In this document: piece after piece, positions 1 to 12,018 of the stretch
Position numbering within the stretch: position 1 is the stretch's first letter
Layout: each line of letters starts with the position of its first letter
NCBI GenBank assembly: GCA_049606355.1
Contig: JBMYVL010000009.1
Coordinates: 60,001 to 92,000 of the forward strand
Length of the DNA: 32,000 bases
Source of the DNA: Opitutales bacterium
GTDB taxonomy: Bacteria; Verrucomicrobiota; Verrucomicrobiia; Opitutales; Coraliomargaritaceae
Reading direction: 5' to 3'
Notes under the pieces: generated by a model
What the model saw: only the letters and a program-made list of their open reading frames with translations
What the model was told of the DNA's origin: nothing
The model's database searches: none
Position numbers and translations under genes: made by a program

Positions 1-2
1 CC

Positions 3-779
3 TTTATCCAACGTTATGCAATCTACCATCACGGACTTAAGGCTCCGCAACGCATGCACTCTTGGCCGGTTTCCGCGTTATCGACGCAGGCCTATCTGAG
101 CCTACGCACTGCTCAATTGGACACATTTATAGACGAGTTGCGCATGGTAGGACCTCCGGATATCCAAGTACTCTTGGGGCAGTCTTATGTTGATGGGATG
201 CCGTGGGGCACTGGCCGCGAGGGCTATTGGCTCCTGCGGAGTTTGCGTGCGCACTCGATCCAGAGTCGTCAGATTGCGCGGTTGATTGAACGTGCTATTG
301 CCGGTAATTCCGATGTGCAGGCCTTGCAATCACTGCTTCAAGCTCAGGGGTGGGGGCGCGTCGCGATTGAAGATTGGTGGTCAGAACGCATGCTTGCTTT
401 AACACAGGTTAAGCTGGGTCGAGTTGAGTCCATGGCAGTGTCCCAGGCATGGATTGGCAAGGCAGCTGACTTTACTCTTTATCAGGGCGAAGGCCGTCAA
501 TTGGCCGATCTGCGCGCCTTGTGGCAATTGCGCGAGGATGCGACCGTGCGTGAGATGCTCATGGCGCGCCGGGAACTGATTGCTCTACGAATCGGTCGAG
601 TGAACCCAGCTTATTTTAATGCGGCACGTTCCCTGGGAGCATTGTATGAAACGGTACTGGATGGCGTACAAACACACGAATTTGTGCATGCATTAACAGT
701 CTTTCTGGGTGACTTTGAGGATGCGAAGCATTTGCAGCGAATGACCAATGCGCACTTGGATCGGCTGCCTGCCAACTAG
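3..779 (+). CDS. Hypothetical protein, probably a C-terminal fragment because the frame is open to the left window edge
   Basis: The ORF track gives 54..779. The same frame has no stop back to position 3 (FIQRYAIYHHGLKAPQR precedes the listed M), so the true start may lie outside the window. It appears helix-rich by eye, and I recognise no family motif. Confidence 0.45.
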   Translation, partial: FIQRYAIYHHGLKAPQRMHSWPVSALSTQAYLSLRTAQLDTFIDELRMVGPPDIQVLLGQSYVDGMPWGTGREGYWLLRSLRAHSIQSRQIARLIERAIAGNSDVQALQSLLQAQGWGRVAIEDWWSERMLALTQVKLGRVESMAVSQAWIGKAADFTLYQGEGRQLADLRALWQLREDATVREMLMARRELIALRIGRVNPAYFNAARSLGALYETVLDGVQTHEFVHALTVFLGDFEDAKHLQRMTNAHLDRLPAN

Positions 780-2392
780 CTCAGTAAACCAATCAGCATT
801 TTAGCGATTGCGATCATCACAATGAGTGCGATCGGGTACGCGGAAACGTAACTGACCACGGGCACCTGTGAGTCCGTTTTCGCAGTGATGGCACCCAGTG
901 CGGGTGTTGAAGTCATGCTGCCGCAGATGCCTCCCAAAGCTTGCAGGGCGTCCAGCCCAAACCAACGCCGAGCCAGTGGCCAAGCGATCAGCAAGGGCAC
1001 TACAGTGATGGCGGATCCGAGTACGAAGAGCGAGGGGCCGTAGGTCGTCAGTGTTTCGATAAAAGCGCCGCCGCCGCGAATGCCTGCATGGGCCAGAAAA
1101 AAGACCAAGCCCAGGTCTTGCAGGAGTAAGCGAGTGGGACGCGGAATGTGGCCGACAATACGCCCCACGCGACCAAAGTGACCGAGGATCAATGCGACGA
1201 ACAAGGGTCCGCCGGCGAGTCCTAGGGTGAACGGGGTGCTTCCCGGTAGGCCGAAAGGGAGCATGCCCAGTACGATGCCGAGGGTGAGTCCGGTTGAGAG
1301 GGAGAGGAGGTCGGTGCTGTCGATCGCATTGCTGCGGTGGCCGACTGCCTTTGCGAAGCTATTGAGGTCTTCACTGCGCCCGACCGCAGTCACTTGGTCG
1401 TTGAGTTCAATCACGGTCGCGGCACTCGGTACAAAGGTTAGCCCTAAGCGCGTAATTCGAGTGATGACTACGCCATGATTTTTGAGTGCTGCCAGCTCCT
1501 CCAGTGTGCGTCCGGCAAAGCGTCGTTCAGTAACCAGTAATTGCCGCCGCTCGTTCTCGACATCTTTTAAGAGGTGGCGGTCGCTGCGCTGTCCGAGGTG
1601 GTCCACGGCAAGAGCAATTTCTTTGCGACAGCCAACCAGCAGCAGTAGCTGACCCTTACTGTATAGATCTTCGTAGCACAAGGGTACCAATTGGCCGTGT
1701 TTGAAGATGCGTGAGATCTGGCAGGCATTGAAATTGGCCACTGCTGAATTCGCTATTTGTTTGCCGATCAAATTTGGATTGGTGACCTCCACCAAAACAT
1801 TTTCGACCTGAGTTTCGGCGGTACTTGGATCGGCGTGGCCTGCCGCAATGGCTTCTAAATCATGCTTCAATAAACGCGGTAATAACTGCACAAAAAGTAC
1901 TACGCCGATCACTCCAAAGGGATAGGCGATACCGTAGCCAATACTCACGCCGGTAGCGCTCGCTTGTAGCCCTTCGGTTGCCGCCGCCAGCGCAGGTGTG
2001 CTGGTGAGCGCTCCCGCAAAAAGACCGGATGCCAGGTCGGCGGGTAGCTCCAGAAGCTGCGCGCCCATCCATGTGATGGCACCGCCGCAGAAGACGATCA
2101 CGAGCGCCAGTTTTGCAAGAGTCGCACCTTCACGTGCGATCGCAGCAAAAAAGCGACCACCCGCACCAATGCCCACGCAGTACACAAACAGAACCAACCC
2201 CAAGGTACCAATTCCGGAGGGTATGCTGTAGCCTAAATGCCCTGCGAGGAGTGCAGTGAAAAGTACCCCTGAACTACCGAGTTGAATGCCGCGTAGGGTT
2301 ATGCTGCCAAGTAGTAGACCGATTGCTAGGATCGCGAAGAGGGCGATCAGTGGTTGGTCGAGTAGGAGTTGGTGGAGCGCTTCTAGATGCAT
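776..2392 (-). CDS. Putative YidE/YbjL (AspT/AAE-family) transporter with central TrkA-C/RCK_C-like domains
   Basis: Two hydrophobic multi-helix halves flank a soluble middle region (aa ~200-370). That layout and the ~540 aa length are typical of YidE/YbjL. The N-terminus aligns by eye to E. coli YbjL (NVAELL...LALGLCLGKLRLGSIQLG versus HLEALH...LAIGLLLGSITLRGIQLG). The ORF-track start at 2410 is GTG. The ATG at 2392 fits the family N-terminus better. Confidence 0.7.
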   Translation of the reverse strand: MHLEALHQLLLDQPLIALFAILAIGLLLGSITLRGIQLGSSGVLFTALLAGHLGYSIPSGIGTLGLVLFVYCVGIGAGGRFFAAIAREGATLAKLALVIVFCGGAITWMGAQLLELPADLASGLFAGALTSTPALAAATEGLQASATGVSIGYGIAYPFGVIGVVLFVQLLPRLLKHDLEAIAAGHADPSTAETQVENVLVEVTNPNLIGKQIANSAVANFNACQISRIFKHGQLVPLCYEDLYSKGQLLLLVGCRKEIALAVDHLGQRSDRHLLKDVENERRQLLVTERRFAGRTLEELAALKNHGVVITRITRLGLTFVPSAATVIELNDQVTAVGRSEDLNSFAKAVGHRSNAIDSTDLLSLSTGLTLGIVLGMLPFGLPGSTPFTLGLAGGPLFVALILGHFGRVGRIVGHIPRPTRLLLQDLGLVFFLAHAGIRGGGAFIETLTTYGPSLFVLGSAITVVPLLIAWPLARRWFGLDALQALGGICGSMTSTPALGAITAKTDSQVPVVSYVSAYPIALIVMIAIAKMLIGLLS

Positions 2393-2443
2393 AAGGACCG
2401 CGAATGGCACCCACCCTAAAGATTAGGTAAACTTATTCAATCC

Positions 2444-4489
<2,046 letters not shown>

Positions 4490-5893
4490 CTAGCTGTGCA
4501 GCGCCTTGCCGTCGACTGCCAGTGCGGCCTCTTTCAGCGCTTCACTCATGGTGGGATGGGCATGGATGGTGCGCGCGAGATCCTCAGCACTGCCGCCATA
4601 TTCCATGTGTGCAACCGCAGAAGCAATTAACTCCGAAGCGCTTTTGGCAATGATCTGAATCCCGAGTAGACGATCGGTGACTGCATCTGCAATGACTTTG
4701 ACAAATCCATCGGTCGCGTCTGAAGCAATCGCGCGCCCGTTCGCCACAAAATTAAATTTGCCGACTTTGACCTCGAGGCCGCGTTCGTTCGCCGTTGCTT
4801 CGGTCATGCCTACACTGGAAATTTCAGGATCCGTGTAGATGACGTTGGGAATGACCGCATAGTTGACGTGGCCCGCTTGTCCCGCAATTCGCTCGACACA
4901 GGCGACTCCTTCCTCCTCGGCCTTATGCGCAAGCATCGGACCCGCGATCACATCGCCAATCGCATATACGCCGGGTGCACAGGTCTTGAAGTCTGCATCA
5001 ACCGCAATACGACCTTTTGCATCGGTTTCGATACCGACTGCGTCGAGACCAAGCCCATCGGTGTGAGGCTTGCGACCGACCGCAACGAGGATCTTATCCG
5101 CTTCGATTTCGATCGTTTCACCTTTTTGATTTTCAGCGCTTAGGTAGCTCTTGCCGGCAAGCTTTTTGATTCCGGTTACCTTCGTATTGAGGTGAAACTC
5201 AAGCCCTTGCTTTTTAAACAAGCGTTCCGCCATTTTAGAGACGTCTGTATCGAAGCTCGGCGCGATGTTTGGCAAGTATTCAAGCACTGTTACTTTGGCG
5301 CCGAGGCGTGCCCATACCGACCCAAGCTCCAAGCCAATCGCACCGGCACCGACCACCACAAGTTTTTCGGGGACGGTATCAAAAGCAATTGCACCATCAC
5401 TATTCACCACCGTTTCTCCATCAAAGGGCAGGAACGGCAGCTCAATTACCGAGGAACCTGAAGCAATAATGATGTGTGGGGCAGTAAGCGTCTCGTCGGC
5501 ATCGGGATGCTGTACCAGCACTTTATGATCGCCTACCAATTTGCCAAGGCCTTTGAAGACCTTGATCTGATTACGTTTCATTAAATGTGCAACACCGCCG
5601 CGCAACTGGTCCACGACTTGGCTCTTTTTCGCCATCAACGCATCAATGTTAATTGAAAGGTTGGTGAGGTCGATGCCGTGGCTTTGTGCGCCATGTCCCG
5701 CAAAGTGATAGAGCTCTGTGCTGTGAAGCAGCGCCTTACTTGGAATGCAACCAACATTCAGGCAAGTACCCCCCAAGTGCGGATTCTTTTCGACGATGGC
5801 GGTCTTTAGGCCCAGTTGCGCACCGCGAATCGCTGCGACGTAGCCGCCGGGGCCGGAACCAATGACAATGAGATCGAAGGAGTTGTCGGACAT
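4490..5893 (-). CDS. lpdA: Dihydrolipoyl dehydrogenase (E3)
   Basis: FAD-binding GSGPGGY, redox-active disulfide [13 protein letters not shown], and the C-terminal HAHPTxSE dimerisation/active-site motif. It lies directly downstream of sucAB. Confidence 0.95.
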   Translation of the reverse strand: MSDNSFDLIVIGSGPGGYVAAIRGAQLGLKTAIVEKNPHLGGTCLNVGCIPSKALLHSTELYHFAGHGAQSHGIDLTNLSINIDALMAKKSQVVDQLRGGVAHLMKRNQIKVFKGLGKLVGDHKVLVQHPDADETLTAPHIIIASGSSVIELPFLPFDGETVVNSDGAIAFDTVPEKLVVVGAGAIGLELGSVWARLGAKVTVLEYLPNIAPSFDTDVSKMAERLFKKQGLEFHLNTKVTGIKKLAGKSYLSAENQKGETIEIEADKILVAVGRKPHTDGLGLDAVGIETDAKGRIAVDADFKTCAPGVYAIGDVIAGPMLAHKAEEEGVACVERIAGQAGHVNYAVIPNVIYTDPEISSVGMTEATANERGLEVKVGKFNFVANGRAIASDATDGFVKVIADAVTDRLLGIQIIAKSASELIASAVAHMEYGGSAEDLARTIHAHPTMSEALKEAALAVDGKALHS

Positions 5894-5956
5894 GTAATTA
5901 TTTTAAGGTGAGGGGATTGTGCTACAGTCGGATTGAAGCTTTGGAGATTCGCTGGC

Positions 5957-7210
5957 TTAGATGCCGAATAACAGACGGTTGGGTGTTTCAATCGCCTCCT
6001 TGATTTTAACCAAGAAGGTGACGGCCTCCTTGCCATCGATCAGGCGGTGGTCGTAGCTAAGCGCTAAGTACATCATGGGGCGTGCGACGATCTCTCCGTC
6101 CACGACGACTGCGCGTTGTTGGATATTGTGCAGGCCTAGGATTGCCGGTTGTGGGTAATTGATGATGGGAGTACTCAACATCGAGCCATAGATTCCTCCA
6201 TTGGAAATGGTGAAAACTCCGCCCTCGAGGTCGCTCATTTGGATCTTCCCCTCGCGCGCTGATTTTGCGTAGTCAGCGATCGCTTGCTCGATTTCGGCAA
6301 AGTTCTTTTGTTCACAATCCCGTACAACCGGTACCATGAGTCCTTTATCGGTGCCCACGGCGACCCCAATGTCGTAATAATGTTGGCTGACGATTTCATT
6401 GCCTTCGATGCGCGCATTCACGGCCGGCACTGCTTGCAGGGCGTGGGTCACCGCTTTTGCGAAAAAAGACATGAAGCCGAGCTTGATGCCATACTGCGCG
6501 ACAAAGTCGTCTTGGTATTGCTTACGTAGTTCTAGCACGGCACTCATATCGACTTCATTAAAGGTCGTGAGCATGGCTGATTGCTGGGTGGCATGGACTA
6601 AGTGCTCGGCGATCTTCTTGCGCAGCGGCGTCATCCGCTTGCGAGTTTCGCGATCGCCTGGCTGCGCCTGCGTCGCACTTGCGTCGGCCGGTTGCGGCGA
6701 AGTTGGAGGGGTCGCGGTGCTTTGGCTTAGGATGTCATGCTTGGTCACGCGACCACCTTTGCCACTCCCCGTTATGGCGGTGACCTTTGCGCCGGTTTCT
6801 TCGGCAGCTTTGCGCGCAGCAGGGGAGAGCGTGGCTGCCACATCGACTGCTATACTTGCTGTCGGAGTCGGCGCGGCATCATTGGCCGGTGTTTCCGGAG
6901 CCGCGACGGCCGGTTCCGGTGCAGCGGCCTCCGTGCCCTCTGTTTGGGCTGTCGTTGCCGCGGCTGGTGCCGCAGCGCTTTCATCGATAGTGGCGACGAC
7001 CTGACCGATCTCAACCTCATCGTCCGCAGCGGCCTTTAGAGTAATAACACCGGACACTTCGGCGGTTGCCTCGGATGTAATTTTGTCGGTCTCCAGCTCG
7101 AAGAGTGCCTGACCTTCGTGCACGTAGTCACCATTCGTGACATGCCATGTAGCGAGGATGCCGCTGCTGATGGATTCACCCATTGCGGGAATTATTACTT
7201 CGGTAGCCAT
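5957..7210 (-). CDS. sucB: Dihydrolipoyllysine-residue succinyltransferase (E2 of 2-oxoglutarate dehydrogenase)
   Basis: One lipoyl domain ([12 protein letters not shown]), an Ala/Pro-rich linker, a peripheral-subunit-binding domain ([12 protein letters not shown]...[13 protein letters not shown]) and a catalytic domain with [14 protein letters not shown] trimmed the start to the ATG at 7210 ([13 protein letters not shown]). The 29-aa ORF-track extension would overlap the end of sucA. Confidence 0.93.
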   Translation of the reverse strand: MATEVIIPAMGESISSGILATWHVTNGDYVHEGQALFELETDKITSEATAEVSGVITLKAAADDEVEIGQVVATIDESAAAPAAATTAQTEGTEAAAPEPAVAAPETPANDAAPTPTASIAVDVAATLSPAARKAAEETGAKVTAITGSGKGGRVTKHDILSQSTATPPTSPQPADASATQAQPGDRETRKRMTPLRKKIAEHLVHATQQSAMLTTFNEVDMSAVLELRKQYQDDFVAQYGIKLGFMSFFAKAVTHALQAVPAVNARIEGNEIVSQHYYDIGVAVGTDKGLMVPVVRDCEQKNFAEIEQAIADYAKSAREGKIQMSDLEGGVFTISNGGIYGSMLSTPIINYPQPAILGLHNIQQRAVVVDGEIVARPMMYLALSYDHRLIDGKEAVTFLVKIKEAIETPNRLLFGI

Positions 7211-7250
7211 GTGATAAGGAGGTTGAGTGGAGCGGTGTGGGTTGGAAAAA

Positions 7251-10019
7251 TTAATCAGTGTAGCCGTCTGTCTCGGCGTAGCCATCGATCTCACCAAAGG
7301 CGCGGGCGATCAACTTCGCTTGTCGGTGCTTGTGCATCGCCAGTGAACCAACCGCCGGACTGGCGCTGGCGCGGCGGCCGGCATAGTTTGGCATCCGTCC
7401 CAAGGCTTCATGTAAGCGTGGCATCATAAAGGACCAAGCGCCCATGTTCATCGGTTCTTCTTGGCACCAGACCAGTTCCGCGGTTTTGGGATACTTGCCA
7501 ACGACTTTCTGGAGCAGGGCTTTATTGAGCGGGTAAAACTGTTCAATACGCACTAAGGCCGCATCTTTGATTTTATTGGCATCGCGGTAAGCCTTCAGCT
7601 CATAGTAGATTTTGCCGGAGCACAGAATGACGCGTTTGGCATTTTTCTTGGTGATCTTGTCATCATCGAGAATGGACCAGAATTCGGTGTCCGTGAACTC
7701 GCTGATTTTGGACACGCAGTCCTTATGTCGCAGCAAACTCTTTGGGGACATGATGATCAGTGGCTTCTTGAACTCGCGCTTCATCTGGCGGCGCAATACA
7801 TGAAACAACTGCGCGGGGGTCGTCAGGTTGCAGATTTGGATATTGTTTTCCGCACAGGATTGTAGGAAGCGTTCCAGCCGCGCGGAAGAGTGTTCCGGTC
7901 CTTGACCTTCGTAGCCGTGTGGCAACAGCATCACCAAGCCGCTGAGGCGTCCCCATTTGGATTCTGAGCTGGTGATGAATTGGTCAATGATCACTTGAGC
8001 GCCATTAACAAAATCGCCGAACTGGGCTTCCCAGATGCACAGCATTTGCGGGTAATCCAGCGAGTAGCCGTAGTCAAAGCCTAGGACAGCGGCTTCCGAA
8101 AGTAGTGAGTTGTGGACACAAAATTGCGCCTGATCCTCAGAGAGATCGAGCAGGTTGGAGTAGCGCTCACGCGTATCTGTGTCGTAGACCACTGCATGGC
8201 GGTGGCTGAAGGTTCCGCGCTTGGAGTCCTGGCCGCTGATACGCACCGGCGTGCCGTCCATCAGTAAGCTGCCAAAGGCCAGTGCTTCACCCATGCCCCA
8301 GTCGATGCCGCTGTCCGCTTCAAAGGCCTTCAGTTTGGCAGTCATCTGCCGGAGGATCTTCCGGTTGACCTTAAAGCCCTCCGGGAATTCCGTGTGTTTT
8401 TTGACGATGTGGTGGAGCGTTTCTTTCGGGACGCGTGTCTCCAGGCCCTTAAAGTTGTAGGGGGGTTGTTGGTTTGCGGAAGATCCCTCAAATGGATTTT
8501 TGGCGGCTTCTTCGCTGGCTTTGGCAGCATCGTAGGCTGCGTCCAATTGCTTTAGGTAGCTGGTTTCGAGCTCGTCTACTTCCGCTTGGCTGAATTCACC
8601 ACTCGCGACCAATCGCTGGGCAAGGGAGCGTCCCACTGGTTGCATGCTGGAAATTGTTTTATACAGCACCGGTTGGGTAAACGCGGGCTCGTCGGATTCG
8701 TTGTGCCCGTGCTTGCGCCAGCAATACATGTCAATCACGACATCGCAACCGAATGTTTGTCGATAGTCGAACGCGACTTCCATCGCCGCGATCACCGCCA
8801 GCGGATCATTGCCGTTTACGTGGAAAATCGGCGCTTCAACAATCTTTGCCACATCGGTGCAGTAACGGCTGGAACGAGCGTCCTCGGGGCTCGTGGTAAA
8901 ACCGATTTGATTGTTGACCACGATGTGAATGGTGCCGCCGGTACGATAGCCTTTCAGTTGGGAGAAATTGAATACCTCTGCGACGATACCCTGACCCGCA
9001 ATCGCGGCATCGCCATGAATCAAGACCGGCAAGACTCGCTTACGTTCTAAATCATTGCGGATGCGCTGCCGTGCACGCGCTTTACCCTGTACGACCGGAT
9101 CGACGGCTTCGAGGTGACTTGGGTTGGCGGCCAGGCGTAGCTCGACTTCATGGCCATCGGCAGTCTTTCGCTTGGTTTCAAAGCCGAGATGATATTTCAC
9201 ATCGCCATCACCATAAATCGTGTCGGGGACATAATTCTCCGAAAATTCCCGCAAGATGTAATCGAAGGATTTACCCAAGAAATTTGCCAGTACATTCAGG
9301 CGACCGCGGTGTGCCATGCCCATGACGATCTCATCAACCTGATTTTTGCCGCAGCGTTGCAAAATACTCTCCAGGCAGGCGATTAGAGTTTCGCCGCCTT
9401 CAAGTGAGAAGCGCTTTTGGCCGACATAGCGGTTCTGTAAGAAATTTTCGAAGGTTTCGGCTTCGATGATCGTGCGAAGAATGCGCTTTTTTACCGATTT
9501 GCTGAAGCGGGGGATGAAGCATTCCGGTTCGATGCGCGCCTGAATCCAACGACGCTTCGGAGTTTCCTGAATGTGGATGTATTCGGCGCCAATCGTATGG
9601 CAGTAGGTCTTTTCCAGGCGCTCAATCAGCTCGCGCAGCGGCATTTCGGTGCCGCCGAGGTAGTTGCCCGTGTGCACCACATGATCCAAATCTGCTTCGG
9701 AGAAGCCGAGGCGTTCCAGAGTTAGACGTGGATTTGTCGGCGCCTCTTTAGTTAGGGGATTGAATTTGGCGATGGTATGCCCGATGGAGCGGTAGGCGTA
9801 AATCAGGCCAATGGCGCGGGCCTGCTTGGTCGCGTCGCTGTCGACATGGGAGGGTTCGACGTCGCCGATGCCCCCTGTGGATTCCCCTTGAGCCAGAGCA
9901 AAACCTTCAAAAAAGGCCCTCCATTCGGCATCCAGGGCGTCCGGTTGGCTGTGCCAGAGGGTGTAGTTTTGGTCGATTAAATCGGCGTTCCAGCGATTGG
10001 CGATGCCTGAGTGCTTCAT
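7251..10019 (-). CDS. sucA: 2-oxoglutarate dehydrogenase E1 component
   Basis: About 920 aa and collinear with SucA. Supporting segments include the N-terminal WRAFFEGF segment, [14 protein letters not shown], the GDAAxAGQG ThDP region and [24 protein letters not shown] trimmed the start to the ATG at 10019 ([14 protein letters not shown]). The upstream extension runs into AT-rich promoter DNA. Confidence 0.95.
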   Translation of the reverse strand: MKHSGIANRWNADLIDQNYTLWHSQPDALDAEWRAFFEGFALAQGESTGGIGDVEPSHVDSDATKQARAIGLIYAYRSIGHTIAKFNPLTKEAPTNPRLTLERLGFSEADLDHVVHTGNYLGGTEMPLRELIERLEKTYCHTIGAEYIHIQETPKRRWIQARIEPECFIPRFSKSVKKRILRTIIEAETFENFLQNRYVGQKRFSLEGGETLIACLESILQRCGKNQVDEIVMGMAHRGRLNVLANFLGKSFDYILREFSENYVPDTIYGDGDVKYHLGFETKRKTADGHEVELRLAANPSHLEAVDPVVQGKARARQRIRNDLERKRVLPVLIHGDAAIAGQGIVAEVFNFSQLKGYRTGGTIHIVVNNQIGFTTSPEDARSSRYCTDVAKIVEAPIFHVNGNDPLAVIAAMEVAFDYRQTFGCDVVIDMYCWRKHGHNESDEPAFTQPVLYKTISSMQPVGRSLAQRLVASGEFSQAEVDELETSYLKQLDAAYDAAKASEEAAKNPFEGSSANQQPPYNFKGLETRVPKETLHHIVKKHTEFPEGFKVNRKILRQMTAKLKAFEADSGIDWGMGEALAFGSLLMDGTPVRISGQDSKRGTFSHRHAVVYDTDTRERYSNLLDLSEDQAQFCVHNSLLSEAAVLGFDYGYSLDYPQMLCIWEAQFGDFVNGAQVIIDQFITSSESKWGRLSGLVMLLPHGYEGQGPEHSSARLERFLQSCAENNIQICNLTTPAQLFHVLRRQMKREFKKPLIIMSPKSLLRHKDCVSKISEFTDTEFWSILDDDKITKKNAKRVILCSGKIYYELKAYRDANKIKDAALVRIEQFYPLNKALLQKVVGKYPKTAELVWCQEEPMNMGAWSFMMPRLHEALGRMPNYAGRRASASPAVGSLAMHKHRQAKLIARAFGEIDGYAETDGYTD

Positions 10020-10145
10020 GGTTTGTGTGGGGATTGGAGGGCGCAAAACTTGAGCGAAAGCTATAAGTTTTACAAATAGAGAATCGCAAATAGGCGCTCT
10101 TATAAGTTTCGTTAATCTTGAAAAGTGGACTTTCGTCAAATTTTT

Positions 10146-10159
10146 ACTTGATATCAAGT
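10146..10159. promoter_or_regulatory. Perfect 14-bp palindrome ACTTGATATCAAGT in the divergent sucA / small-ORF-yciH intergenic region; candidate operator
   Basis: Read directly from the sequence. It lies in the only long AT-rich intergenic stretch (10020..10204), 46 bp upstream of the 10205 ATG. Confidence 0.3.
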
Positions 10160-10204
10160 TATTACGCCCTTGTCAGCCTGCAGGCCGCGACTAGATTCAG
10201 CCGC

Positions 10205-10414
10205 ATGATTCCCGACCACCTGCGTGCCGATCTCGAAACAGTGACCCAACAGCGGGCTTTAGCACCGCAGGATAGCTACGTACAACTGTTGGCTCGCCTT
10301 GATGCAGCACAGCAGGCTGCACTTCCCGAGCGCTTGCAGCACTATCTGAGTCGGCGCAGCTATGTTAAAGCCTTGCAGTGGCTGGATAACCCCGATTTGC
10401 CTCATCACCCATGA
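10205..10414 (+). CDS. Small hypothetical protein (69 aa), translationally coupled to the SUI1/YciH gene
   Basis: In-frame ATG at 10205 (MIPDHLRADLE...). The ORF-track start at 10118 lies in AT-rich promoter DNA. Its TGA stop overlaps the yciH ATG as ATGA at 10411..10414. I recognise no family. Confidence 0.5.
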   Translation: MIPDHLRADLETVTQQRALAPQDSYVQLLARLDAAQQAALPERLQHYLSRRSYVKALQWLDNPDLPHHP

Positions 10415-10821
10415 GCCAGCGCAGGAAAAGCCGTATTGATACCACCGCCAGCGAAGATTTATGCACGAATCCTTTTGGTCGTTTGGATGCGGCTCCGTTC
10501 GGAGCTGTGGTTCAGCCATCAGCGAGCAGCACGCCAAGGACCGCAGCAAAGACGCACGCTCCGGCGAGCTCGAAGAGAGGTCGTGTGGAGGTCCGCCGCG
10601 AAAAAGCCGGGCGTGGCGGGAAGACGGTGACCACACTGAAAGCATTTGCCACGCATGTACCCTTGGTCGAGCTGGAGCGTTTGACCTTTGATTTGAAGAA
10701 GCACTGTGCCTGCGGCGGAACCCTCAAAGAGCGCACAATCGAATTGCAGGGGGACGTAGCGGCGGCGGTGCTGCCTTTTCTCCAGCAGCGTGGGTATGCG
10801 CCCGTGCGCGCGGGTGGCTGA
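10411..10821 (+). CDS. yciH: SUI1/eIF1-family translation initiation factor homologue (YciH-like)
   Basis: The C-terminal ~85 aa match the SUI1 pattern: RVEVRREKAGRGGKTVTTLKAF...LKKHCACGGTLKERTIELQGD...GYAPVRAGG. Compare E. coli YciH: ...RETKGRKGKGVT...KKKCGCGGAVKDGVIEIQGD...AGG. The N-terminal ~50 aa are low-complexity. Confidence 0.85.
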   Translation: MSQRRKSRIDTTASEDLCTNPFGRLDAAPFGAVVQPSASSTPRTAAKTHAPASSKRGRVEVRREKAGRGGKTVTTLKAFATHVPLVELERLTFDLKKHCACGGTLKERTIELQGDVAAAVLPFLQQRGYAPVRAGG

Positions 10822-10837
10822 CTGCGCGGTGGATTGA

Positions 10838-11947
10838 TTAGACTTCGATTTGTTCGACGATCTCGAGGTCGTAGCCGTCGAGGCCAATCACTTTGCGGTT
10901 GGTGCTGGAAAGTAGACGGATCTTTTGCAGGCCGAGTTCAGCAAGGATTTGTGCACCGATTCCATAATCGCGGAAGTCCATTTTTGTCGGGCCGATAGCT
11001 TTCAGCTTTGTCTCCCCATCGTTTTCAATCACACGAATGCCGCCCTGTGGTTGCTCAATATAGAGCAGCACACCGTGTCCTACGGCTGCGATTTTTTCCA
11101 TAGCTTTGTTCAGCGAGTGGTAACTCCCATGCGACTTGGCGCGGAAAATATCGGCCAATAAATTCTCACTTTGGACGCGCACGAGGGTCGGTTCAGTGTC
11201 GAGGCAGCCCATACTCAGAGCAACGTGCTGCCGGCCATCGAGAATGCTGCGGAAAATGTGCAGATCAAACCTGCCAAAATCGGACTCAAAGGGCCGAGTG
11301 AGCAAGTGCTCAATCAGGCGATCACGGGTGTGGCGGTATTCGATCAGGTCCGCGATTGAGATGAGCTTCAAGTTGTGCTGTTTTTTGAACTCTATGAGAT
11401 CCGGCAGGCGGGCGAGGGAGCCGTCTTCATTGAGAATTTCGCAAATGACTCCGCTGGGGTTGAGTCCCGCGAGTTGCGCTAGATCGACTGCGGCTTCGGT
11501 GTGTCCGGCGCGCTGCAAGACCCCGCCTGCCTTGGCGCGCAAGGGGAAGACGTGCCCCGGTTGCACCAGTTGATCCGGATGTGCATTGGGATTACCCAGG
11601 ATGCGGATCGTTTCTGCGCGGTCGTACGCACTGATCCCCGTGGTGATTCCCTCCGCGGCATCGACCGAGATCGCGAAGTCGGTTTGATGGGACTCGCGAT
11701 TTTCTGAGGCCATGCGGTTGATCCCGAGTCGGCGTAACTGATGTGCCATCATGGGGACGCAAATCAGACCACGCGCATGAAGAATCATTTGGTTGATCGC
11801 TTGCGGCGTCGCTTTTTCCGCAGCCATGACAAGATCGCCCTCGTTTTCGCGATTCTCATCATCGGTCACGATAACCATCTTGCCCGCGGCGATATCGCGA
11901 ATGGCCGCTTCGATGCTATCAAAGGTGTTGCGCTTTGCAGTCGTCAT
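10838..11947 (-). CDS. ribBA: Bifunctional-type RibBA: intact 3,4-dihydroxy-2-butanone-4-phosphate synthase fused to a degenerate GTP cyclohydrolase II-like domain
   Basis: The N-terminal half matches RibB (DDENRENEGDL, GHVFPLRAKAGGVLQRAGHTEAAVDL). The C-terminal half aligns to RibA but lacks the zinc-ligand cysteines (see finding). Confidence 0.9.
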   Translation of the reverse strand: MTTAKRNTFDSIEAAIRDIAAGKMVIVTDDENRENEGDLVMAAEKATPQAINQMILHARGLICVPMMAHQLRRLGINRMASENRESHQTDFAISVDAAEGITTGISAYDRAETIRILGNPNAHPDQLVQPGHVFPLRAKAGGVLQRAGHTEAAVDLAQLAGLNPSGVICEILNEDGSLARLPDLIEFKKQHNLKLISIADLIEYRHTRDRLIEHLLTRPFESDFGRFDLHIFRSILDGRQHVALSMGCLDTEPTLVRVQSENLLADIFRAKSHGSYHSLNKAMEKIAAVGHGVLLYIEQPQGGIRVIENDGETKLKAIGPTKMDFRDYGIGAQILAELGLQKIRLLSSTNRKVIGLDGYDLEIVEQIEV

Positions 11948-12018
11948 TTTCTTAGATTGGAAACACTGTTGTGGTGACCTTCACGCATAATTCGTGGTCG
12001 CGCAACCGTTATTCATCG

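Noticed and set aside
6399-7004. 201-aa plus-strand ORF (with sister ORFs at 6737..7039 and 6787..6990) antisense to sucB
   Set aside because: It lies opposite the Ala/Pro-rich linker and the well-supported sucB frame. Its Ala/Gly/Ser/Val-rich translation is the expected mirror image of a GC-rich, low-complexity coding region. It has no independent signal.
10020-10157. 46-aa N-terminal extension of sucA in the ORF track, and similar extensions of sucB (7211..7297), the NSS gene, the CHAD gene and pyrF
   Set aside because: The extensions run into AT-rich intergenic DNA or overlap the neighbouring gene, and they have no counterpart in the protein families. Internal ATGs give canonical N-termini.
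10259-10887. Minus-strand ORFs of 128, 74 and 122 aa opposite the small ORF/yciH pair
   Set aside because: They lie antisense to a recognisable SUI1-family gene. Their translations are Arg/Ser/Ala-rich and carry no motifs.
11948-12018. Looked for an FMN (RFN) riboswitch upstream of ribBA
   Set aside because: Only 23-71 bp separate ribBA from the divergent metallophosphoesterase gene. That is too short for the ~140-nt RFN element, and the conserved RFN core is not visible.
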